DNA from: Candidatus Woesearchaeota archaeon
GTDB taxonomy: Archaea > Nanobdellota > Nanobdellia > Woesearchaeales > JAAOYA01
DNA length: 64,000 nt
Assembly: GCA_018221105.1 (NCBI GenBank)
Contig: JAAOYA010000008.1
Coordinates: 64,648 to 128,647, forward strand
Direction: 5' to 3'
Under the pieces are notes generated by a model, which saw only the letters and a list, made by a program, of their open reading frames with translations, was not told where the DNA came from and ran no database searches. Shown here in pieces: positions 56,820 to 64,000 of this stretch. How positions within the stretch are numbered: position 1 is the stretch's first letter; each line of letters begins with the position of its first letter. A program made the position numbers and the translations under genes.

Positions 56820-56858
56820 TTTTTAATATTTTTTTACAATCTATTTATTTTATGCAGT

Positions 56859-57530
56859 CTAACTAAATGTTAGTTGATTGTTTGAAAGCATGTAAATCCA
56901 ATAAGCGCTAAAAGGTTCCATATAATTTAGTGTTGTGTTAGGACCAATAGGATAATAATAATACCAAGTGCTGTCTGATGCATTGTAGTAACGCACTTCA
57001 CTAAAAAGTCCCGCTATGGGCGCTAGTACAGTAGTAATATTCTGTACTGTATTATCAGGGTATCCTATAAGATTCCAGCCACTGTAGAGCCATATTGTAT
57101 TTGGTTTTGTAAAAACGTCATAATAAAAATATGGAGTGTCATTATATGCCTCTATTATATAACCATCAACACGATTGATATGTGTTAAATCAAAAATTAC
57201 GTTTGCTGGCAGTCCTTGCTTGTAAGCTTTCCAAGGGTCAAAATTATCAGTTTCAACATACGAGAACGCGCCATAATATTCTCCACTAATATTTTCTAAA
57301 ACTGTCTCAATGGGACGTGACAGGTAAACGCAATAAAATGATACGTGATTATCACCTTGATAAAAATCAAATTGACAATTATAACTGTTAGTTCCAGTAA
57401 TATTGACTATTGCTGCAACAAAACCTGTTACTCCAGCATCAAAAAAAAATAGTACTACTATAAAAAAAAGTGTTAGTGCTAGCATTGTAGCCAATAATCC
57501 CAGTCTAACCCTTTTATGATATGGAAGCAT
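56859..57530 (-). CDS. secreted/membrane-anchored hypothetical protein (Tyr-rich)
   Basis: N-terminal TM/signal, sequons, Tyr/aromatic-rich. Confidence 0.4.
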   Translation of the reverse strand: MLPYHKRVRLGLLATMLALTLFFIVVLFFFDAGVTGFVAAIVNITGTNSYNCQFDFYQGDNHVSFYCVYLSRPIETVLENISGEYYGAFSYVETDNFDPWKAYKQGLPANVIFDLTHINRVDGYIIEAYNDTPYFYYDVFTKPNTIWLYSGWNLIGYPDNTVQNITTVLAPIAGLFSEVRYYNASDSTWYYYYPIGPNTTLNYMEPFSAYWIYMLSNNQLTFS

Positions 57531-57614
57531 AATAATATTTTATTGTGCTCAACTGGTATAAATAATCATCGAAAAAAATTACTTTTGTTCATGTACAGAT
57601 TTATGATGTTGAAC

Positions 57615-59381
57615 TCAATGTTTTCTTATATGATGTCCGCATTTTTTGCAAGTTTTTCTTTTTGGATGATTTTTTGTCTCACAATTCGGACATTTTTTCT
57701 TTATTGATTTGTAAATCAAAAATAATAATATTGCAAGCAACACTAAAAGTATCCAGAACACGTAATCAATTCCTGCTAGTTTGAATAAGAAGTCTGCATA
57801 AGTGACTCTCACTAATGCATTTTCGCGCATTCCGTGATACGCGCGAACTGTTAGTTCTTGATTGTCATCAAAATCTTCCTCTTGTAATTCTGCCTCAATA
57901 CCTATCTTTTTTTGTTTACCAACTTTGATAAATGTTGTTCCGTCAGCTCCAACAATTAAATCTTGGCCATTAACTATCAAATTAATAATTTCTGGAAAAA
58001 CATAAGCGTCAACTTCTCCAGTGTTTTCAATAGTCACCAAGAACTCTCCGCTCTTATCATAAACTAAATCTTTGATTTCTATTTGTGAATCATCAAAAAC
58101 TCTTACTATGCTAACAGTTAGTGTTGCTTCTAAAATATTTTCTAAGCTTCCTGGAGCTTCACCATATATTGTAAAAACTTTTGCTATCAGTGTGTTAAAA
58201 TCGCCAATTGCTTCTTCTGACTGGTATTGAATTGTTTTTGACTCTAAACCATCAATAAATATTGGATTGTCTTCTTCATCAATTTGTCCTGTTCGCTCAT
58301 CAATTTTTCTAAGCACAAACTCTTGACCATCAGCGTCAACAGTTATCGTGCTCTTAAAATAAGCTGCTAGTTCTTCAAGATTTTGATAACTAACTTCCAA
58401 TAATCCTGTTGCTTGATTATATTCAACACTTGATATGTTTAATTGTAACACGTAACGTGGCAAGTAAAACCTGTCCAAGTCTTCAACTGATGAAATGGTT
58501 CCTGATGGTATTCTAGCTCCTTGTCCGAACTTTACAAAAACTGGAATGCCAATTTGCCGTCTGATAAAAGTTGCTGCTCCTACAAGTTCATTTCCTATAA
58601 GTACTGCTACTTGTAAGTCGCTTTGTTCTATGTAATCACGTATTTTATCTGGTACGTTAGTACGTCCCAAAAATAGTACTGGGTCATTGCCGCTCATAAT
58701 GCTTGCTTCTATAAATTCCCCGTTTGTAATGATTGTTTGTTTGGCATCTGTTAGTTTTATGTATTCTTTTACTATTGCAATATTGTTATCGAAACGGTCT
58801 CCTTCATGGATTATTGTTGGACTGTAAAATTCTAATGCTGTTTTGACTTCACGGTCTACTTGACCGTAGATTAGTAAATCATTTACGCTGGCATCCGCTA
58901 GAAAATCCACTACATCATCAATGTTGTCACGATCAGCAAATAATACATAAGCATTTGTTTTTGCTGCGTAAGGTGCTACCGATATAGCGTTATAACCATA
59001 TGAATCATCTATTATTATAAAATTACTAATAGTGCCTATTAATTCTCTTGCTAATTCAATATTTGCTTGACGTGTTACTATTTCTTGCGCATTATAACCT
59101 CTGGACTCGATTATTGTGTCATAGCCTACAACATAAGGCTCTGATCGTGAACTGACCGCAGTAATATTTTCAACATTTAATGGAACAGCATTTAATATTA
59201 TCGGACCATGACGTGTGCTTGTCAGAAAAGCATAACTTTTTTGTTGCAAGTTCGCGTATTCTATTGTTGAATAAACATCGCGCCAATCTTTAGAATTTGC
59301 AATAATATATTGTGGTTGTGCACTAACAATTGTTACTATTAAAAAAATTGCTAATATTAAAGCTAAAATGTGTTTTTTCAC
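57615..59381 (-). CDS. surface protein with signal peptide, C-terminal TM anchor and cytoplasmic CxxC-x9-CxxC zinc-ribbon tail
   Basis: Signal MKKHILALILAIFLIVTIVSA; C-terminal WILLVLLAILLFLIY, then KKKCPNCETKNHPKRKTCKKCGHHIRKH. Confidence 0.5.
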   Translation of the reverse strand: MKKHILALILAIFLIVTIVSAQPQYIIANSKDWRDVYSTIEYANLQQKSYAFLTSTRHGPIILNAVPLNVENITAVSSRSEPYVVGYDTIIESRGYNAQEIVTRQANIELARELIGTISNFIIIDDSYGYNAISVAPYAAKTNAYVLFADRDNIDDVVDFLADASVNDLLIYGQVDREVKTALEFYSPTIIHEGDRFDNNIAIVKEYIKLTDAKQTIITNGEFIEASIMSGNDPVLFLGRTNVPDKIRDYIEQSDLQVAVLIGNELVGAATFIRRQIGIPVFVKFGQGARIPSGTISSVEDLDRFYLPRYVLQLNISSVEYNQATGLLEVSYQNLEELAAYFKSTITVDADGQEFVLRKIDERTGQIDEEDNPIFIDGLESKTIQYQSEEAIGDFNTLIAKVFTIYGEAPGSLENILEATLTVSIVRVFDDSQIEIKDLVYDKSGEFLVTIENTGEVDAYVFPEIINLIVNGQDLIVGADGTTFIKVGKQKKIGIEAELQEEDFDDNQELTVRAYHGMRENALVRVTYADFLFKLAGIDYVFWILLVLLAILLFLIYKSIKKKCPNCETKNHPKRKTCKKCGHHIRKH

Positions 59382-59503
59382 TAGTATTCCACCCTTGACT
59401 TGTAAGTTACCAGGCCATATATAAACTTTGTGATGTAAGTTTTGTCTTGTTATAAAAACATTTTTAAAGACTATTGCTCAAACAATAAGCAAAGGGGTGT
59501 ATT

Positions 59504-60406
59504 ATGAGCATTAAAGATTTAAAAGAGCGGGTTAAAAAGACTTTTTCTGAAAAAGAACAGTTACTTGATACTCCCAGAGAAGTTCCAGAACTGGCTGAAG
59601 ACTTATTTGAAGATGATAAACAATTAGTGCAAGATGTTAGTATTGCTACAAATTCTCAAAAAGAAGAAGTTAAAGTTGAAAATGTCATTAAAGAACCTGT
59701 AAAGCCTATTGTTCCTGACGAGTTGCCTGGCGCAAAAAAACTAGTTGTCCAAGAATCTATTAGTGTTAACGAGCCAAAAAAAGCAATGCAAGAAATCAAA
59801 TCTTCTATTCCAGCCCCGCCCGTTAATGTTAAGCCACAAGCCGAATATTTTGCAAAGCTAGAAAACATAATGTCTGATGATAAAGCAGCAATTAATGATA
59901 TTTTGTCAAAAGACTTGTTAAATGATATGAAAGATTATTATTCGAAAAATCCTAATGCTAAAATTATTGATGATTCTAAAGGTGAGATTGAAGTTTTGCT
60001 AAAATTAAAGATTCGTGAGCTTGAAGATTTTGAACGTGAATGGCTTGAGAACAGGAAAATTTTTGATGATTTAAAATTGCTATTGTTAAAAAAAGAAAAT
60101 CAAATTCGCAATTTGGCAGAAGAAGTTAAATCATTGTTTAAGCGTTTGCGCGAAGCAAACATTGCTATTAGTCCTGACAAGTATTTTGGTATTGCTGATG
60201 GTCGATTATTAAAAGGTATTACTGAGTTGAAGACTGCACTTATGAATATGAAAGACGAAGTTTTTGAACATCACGTGACTAAAGAACGCAATGATTTTGC
60301 TAGTTGGGTCGAAGGCGTTTTTAACATGAAAAATCTTGCTAGCAAATTGAAAAGCACAAAAAAACCTCAAGAAATGGTAGCTTTTATTGAAGAAGAAGGA
60401 TTCTAA
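59504..60406 (+). CDS. hypothetical acidic coiled-coil protein
   Basis: 300 aa, no recognisable catalytic motif. Confidence 0.4.
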   Translation: MSIKDLKERVKKTFSEKEQLLDTPREVPELAEDLFEDDKQLVQDVSIATNSQKEEVKVENVIKEPVKPIVPDELPGAKKLVVQESISVNEPKKAMQEIKSSIPAPPVNVKPQAEYFAKLENIMSDDKAAINDILSKDLLNDMKDYYSKNPNAKIIDDSKGEIEVLLKLKIRELEDFEREWLENRKIFDDLKLLLLKKENQIRNLAEEVKSLFKRLREANIAISPDKYFGIADGRLLKGITELKTALMNMKDEVFEHHVTKERNDFASWVEGVFNMKNLASKLKSTKKPQEMVAFIEEEGF

Positions 60407-61590
60407 GTTTTTTCTAGCAGGCTTTGTGTTTTTTGTATTATTCTTTTTTCAAAGTCTGTGACTCGTTCGCCTTCAAGTTTTGGCTCTGAAAGAGCTTGAA
60501 GTAAGTCTTTTAATAATTGTAAGTTGTTGAATTTTTTTGGTAGTTGATCTAAGTGTTCTGCTAAAATGTTTTGTTCTATGTCTTGAATGCTTGAAAAGTC
60601 TGCTTTTAGTTCTGAAAACTCTTTGCTTTTTAGCGCACTGGTATTGCGCATTACAAAGTATGCGCCATTATTGTATAATTCTTTTGTGAAATCTTGCAGG
60701 TTTATATCTTTTAATTTTCCTTCAACTAATTGACCACTTAATCGTATTGTAATTATTGTGTTGTAATATTCTTTGTTTGCTAGTTGTTCTTTAAGTTTTT
60801 CAATCACTTGCTCTGCTATTAAACCTGTACAATCAAGTTCTACACTTTGAACGTTGTGTATTATTATTGGTTCAAAACTTATTTCTCCATCATCGTATAA
60901 TACGTAAGTGCCGTGTTTTAATTCTTCTAATTCTTTAAAATTGTTAGCAAAAAGTGGTCCTGGATAGACTATGTTGTCTTGTTGTATTCTTTCGTGAACG
61001 TGTCCGCCTGCATAATAATCAAAATTTTTTGGCAGCAAACTTAATGGCGTGCTATCGATTTGTTTTAGTGCTTCACTTTTTAGTTCATCGATTGCCGAGT
61101 GAAACATGAAAATCTTAAATCCTTCTTCTTTTTCTAGAGGTGTTCTGTTTAATTGCTGGTAAAAAGTTTTTTCTAAACTGCCTTTTTTTCCTGGCATTCC
61201 AACAATTTTAGCGCCTGTTTTTTTATTTGTTGTAAAATTTAATTCTAATTTGTCATCAATCATATTGCCACGCGCAACATTCACAAAAAGCTCTGCTTCT
61301 TCTAGAACATCAAGCATTGTTTTACCGCTAGGACTATAATCATGGCTGCCCGCAATAATATAAACTTGTATATCATTATTTTTTAGAGTTTTTAATTTTT
61401 TAACAACACGTTTTAGTTTGTCAATTGATGGTAGTGCAGTGTTGAACAAGTCTCCAGTAATTAGTAGAAAATCAACTTTTTTTAGTATTATGTCATCGAT
61501 TGCTTTTTCAAAAGCTTCAGTGCTAGCATCTTGGAGTAGTGGGTCGCGCCAACTGCCAATGTGACAATCAGCAAAATGAGCAAATTTCAT
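60403..61590 (-). CDS. mre11: DNA double-strand break repair nuclease Mre11
   Basis: Calcineurin-like phosphoesterase motifs FADCHIG, LITGDLFN, AGSHD, GGHVHE; 395 aa. Confidence 0.85.
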   Translation of the reverse strand: MKFAHFADCHIGSWRDPLLQDASTEAFEKAIDDIILKKVDFLLITGDLFNTALPSIDKLKRVVKKLKTLKNNDIQVYIIAGSHDYSPSGKTMLDVLEEAELFVNVARGNMIDDKLELNFTTNKKTGAKIVGMPGKKGSLEKTFYQQLNRTPLEKEEGFKIFMFHSAIDELKSEALKQIDSTPLSLLPKNFDYYAGGHVHERIQQDNIVYPGPLFANNFKELEELKHGTYVLYDDGEISFEPIIIHNVQSVELDCTGLIAEQVIEKLKEQLANKEYYNTIITIRLSGQLVEGKLKDINLQDFTKELYNNGAYFVMRNTSALKSKEFSELKADFSSIQDIEQNILAEHLDQLPKKFNNLQLLKDLLQALSEPKLEGERVTDFEKRIIQKTQSLLEKT

Positions 61591-61621
61591 GAAGATAAGA
61601 ATTAAATTGTTATATATAAGA

Positions 61622-62149
61622 TTATTTTACTACTCTTAACATTCCGTATCTGCTTATTTCTTCTGTAGTTGGTTGATGAATTAATTGTTTTACTTGTTCA
61701 AAATCATCATCTCCTGTAATATAGCTATCAGGAATGTCTATTTGATGTTTTACTTGTATAAAACCGCCTCTTAGTTTTAATAGTTCATAAGAAAGTGTTT
61801 TTTGCAATCCACTGCACAATACTATTGTTTGCTCAGTTTCTTCTAAAGTTTCTATTTTATTAAATGTTCTGCCGATAATCTCTAAAAGATTAGTGCTAAT
61901 ATAGCCTTTTAGTCCTTGTTGTCGAGCATATAGTCCAGTTTGTCTTGCTATTTCTTGATAATCTATAATTCCCATGTCCCACGCCCTAAGATTTTCTTCG
62001 TCTGTTGAATCATGTAAAAGAATATGTAATATATGCAATCCTAAGTCTTTTTGTTCTTCATCAATAACTCCTAAAACTTCAAGACTTAGTGTTTTTTGAA
62101 TGGGTGATTCTTGAATTGTCTTTTCTGTTGTCATATGAGAAGAAACCAA
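61622..62149 (-). CDS. hypothetical protein (in the herA-mre11 locus, at the position where nurA would be expected)
   Basis: 175 aa; no NurA motifs recognised. Confidence 0.35.
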   Translation of the reverse strand: MVSSHMTTEKTIQESPIQKTLSLEVLGVIDEEQKDLGLHILHILLHDSTDEENLRAWDMGIIDYQEIARQTGLYARQQGLKGYISTNLLEIIGRTFNKIETLEETEQTIVLCSGLQKTLSYELLKLRGGFIQVKHQIDIPDSYITGDDDFEQVKQLIHQPTTEEISRYGMLRVVK

Positions 62150-62195
62150 AAACCTATTTATAAATGTTACTATTACATAGTGATGAATTAGTACA

Positions 62196-62654
62196 TCATA
62201 CGGTTTTTCTGTCTTGCTCTTGTAATTGATGCACTTTTAATTCTTCCGAGCTCAAATCTCTTGTAATCAAACCAACAACACCTTCTAAAAAAGTATTTAG
62301 AGAACTCATTTTTAGTTTTAAATCATTTTCGTAAAGTCCTTGAGCAGTAGCTGCTTTAAACTCAGTAATGAAAGATATTGTTCTTTGAGCAATTTGATCA
62401 ATATCAGTTTTTAATTGTTGGTTAGCAGTATGTTTTAAGAGTCCTAAAATATCCTTTCTGAATTTTTCTAAGCGAGTATACAACACACTAGTAACTCTTG
62501 GATCAAGAACTTTTTGTATATCATGAATTTCAAAAAGGACTTCTTTTCTAATAGCTTTTATTAATTGCAATTCATCATCAAACAAATCTTCTATTCTGTT
62601 TTGATCATCTTCAAGTCTTTTTGCTAGTTTTACCAGTCGGCTCATTACTTTCAC
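62196..62654 (-). CDS. hypothetical coiled-coil protein
   Basis: 152 aa; 4-nt overlap with herA. Confidence 0.35.
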   Translation of the reverse strand: MKVMSRLVKLAKRLEDDQNRIEDLFDDELQLIKAIRKEVLFEIHDIQKVLDPRVTSVLYTRLEKFRKDILGLLKHTANQQLKTDIDQIAQRTISFITEFKAATAQGLYENDLKLKMSSLNTFLEGVVGLITRDLSSEELKVHQLQEQDRKTV

Positions 62655-63946
62655 TCCTTGAATAGTTCTTGTGTATCTATTTTAGGTTGCTGCTTTTTAT
62701 TCTTTTCTGTTTGTGTTTTTAAATCATCAAAAAAAGGAATTTTGACAGGTATTGCAAACTTTGCAAAATTACTAGTTATAATTGCCTCTCCAATATCCAA
62801 ACTTGCAATAGCTCTCTCATCATCAGACAAGTCCTGGCTTGCCGATTCAATTATCGCAGTGCGCTCTGGTTTCATCTCAAGGCCTAAAATGATTTTTGTG
62901 TTCATGTTAGCCAATATTTGGCGCGGGATAAGTGAAGGCAATTGTGTTATTGCAACAAGGCCAACGTTGAACTTTCTTCCCTCTCGTGCAATTGTTGAAA
63001 AAATGTTTGGTCCACTCTCTAAAACTTCTTTTCCCAAGACACGAGGTGCTTCTTCTAAAACTATACTAATAACTGGTTTTTGTGAAAGTTTGCCACTAGT
63101 TTTGTAATAGCGATATTTATTGAGCACCTCTGTTGCAATAAATGATCCTACAAGTATTTCCTCAGCACCACTAAAACAACTAGTGTTAACAATAACTGTT
63201 TTCGCGTCTTCCAAATCACGAATTATCGCTGGCAGTGTGCTCTCGCCTGCTTTTAGTGAAAAAGCTCCAAGCTCTAATAACTTGTTTTCTTTAAAGTCCA
63301 AGCTTAACATGTTCATCAACCTTCTTTTAACAACTCCAAGTGTAGCTTCATTAAACATTAAGTCTAGTGGACGCTCTAAAATTATTGCTTCAACCCAATT
63401 ATTGTTGAATTTTTTATGATAAGCGCTCAAGAGTTCTCGTTGTGCGTCACTCCAATTAACAGCTCCATTAAAGTGTGCAGGTCTTAAATGTTTAATATTG
63501 AGTTTTAGTGTTCGCCCGCCAACAGGAACATCAAAAGGAGTATAGTAAACAATACTATTAGGATGATCTTTTAGTCCAAAACTATTGCGCCCGTAATACT
63601 CATCGTGAGGGTCCAATACTAGCATCCCACAATAATCATTGTCATTGACACTCCACAAAATGTTTTTTACCAGGTTGCTTTTGCCACGACCAGTAGTCGC
63701 AGGTATTAATACATGATGCGATAAAACTTTTCTGCCATCAAGACTTATTTTGACGTCGACTGTTTTTGAGCCGCTTCGCAAGCTTCCGACAAAAAGTGAG
63801 TGCTCTGGTGTTGTCAAAAATGACAAATCATTTTTTGTTATGCTTCTAAGCTGTGAAAAAAAAGATGGTAAAAACTTCGGACTTTTAACAATTTTGTCTT
63901 GCACTGTGAGCATCGGTTTTAATATTGCTAAAGTATAATTTCGCAA
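62651..63946 (-). CDS. herA: HerA-family DNA helicase/translocase (FtsK-HerA ATPase)
   Basis: Walker [10 protein letters not shown], hallmark [11 protein letters not shown], Walker B/arginine finger region. Start uncertain: TTG in the track, and the frame stays open to the window edge. Confidence 0.75.
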   Translation of the reverse strand: MRNYTLAILKPMLTVQDKIVKSPKFLPSFFSQLRSITKNDLSFLTTPEHSLFVGSLRSGSKTVDVKISLDGRKVLSHHVLIPATTGRGKSNLVKNILWSVNDNDYCGMLVLDPHDEYYGRNSFGLKDHPNSIVYYTPFDVPVGGRTLKLNIKHLRPAHFNGAVNWSDAQRELLSAYHKKFNNNWVEAIILERPLDLMFNEATLGVVKRRLMNMLSLDFKENKLLELGAFSLKAGESTLPAIIRDLEDAKTVIVNTSCFSGAEEILVGSFIATEVLNKYRYYKTSGKLSQKPVISIVLEEAPRVLGKEVLESGPNIFSTIAREGRKFNVGLVAITQLPSLIPRQILANMNTKIILGLEMKPERTAIIESASQDLSDDERAIASLDIGEAIITSNFAKFAIPVKIPFFDDLKTQTEKNKKQQPKIDTQELFKE

Positions 63947-64000
63947 GTTTTCATCAAAAAATGATACGTCAGTGTTTTCCTCAATTTTAAAACCGCTAAT

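Noticed and set aside
1-64000. CRISPR arrays, rRNA genes, transposases or IS elements
   Set aside because: No regularly spaced short direct repeats, no rRNA-like GC-rich blocks, and no transposase or integrase motifs were seen. The only repeats are the intragenic 90-nt tandem (55971-56125) and the tRNA-Pro 3' duplicate.

Overview
AT-rich (~35% GC) archaeal chromosomal segment. Archaeal markers present: r-proteins S8e, L15e and S15, FtsZ, CDP-archaeol synthase, ATP-dependent DNA ligase, Rad50, Mre11, HerA, XPD, diphthine synthase, and tRNAs with archaeal-type introns. The gene content and signs of genome reduction (a dph2 gene remnant, a helicase lacking its N-terminal motor domain, multi-intron tRNAs, scattered r-protein genes, split DSB-repair loci) fit a small-genome, possibly DPANN-like, archaeon.

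Main contents, in window order:
- GGDEF-domain protein (SGDEF variant), r-protein S8e, Lrp/AsnC regulator, GDE-like glycoside hydrolase
- tRNA-Pro with a duplicated 3'-end remnant
- AAA+ ATPase next to rad50, ROK sugar kinase, PGI/PMI, L15e
- dph2 pseudogene, DHH phosphoesterase, head-group lipid cluster (carS, PAP2-like, archaetidylserine synthase and decarboxylase)
- tRNA-Asn (two introns) and tRNA-Ile (intron), Hel308-like helicase C-terminal half, MnmC-like methyltransferase, PHP phosphoesterase, tRNA-Arg (intron), DNA ligase, nitroreductase, FtsZ
- A tight, apparently translationally coupled operon: radical-SAM (SPL-like, CX3CX2C) protein with an unknown N-domain, a tandem ParB/Srx-domain protein, an HhH-GPD (Nth-like) glycosylase and dph5
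- Glycosyltransferase, free-standing LAGLIDADG endonuclease, tRNA-Gln (two introns), Panacea-like plus unknown gene pair, membrane SprT/DUF45-like HExxH protein with AN1-like zinc finger, LigT-like 2H phosphoesterase, DEAD-box helicase, S15, RecJ-like DHH nuclease, MscS, XPD
- A ~13-kb same-strand cluster of seven secreted or membrane, sequon-dense surface proteins (paralogous domains, a Cys-repeat protein, a zinc-ribbon-tailed protein)
- mre11, two unknown genes and herA, with no nurA or rad50 adjacent

No rRNA, CRISPR array or transposase was recognised.
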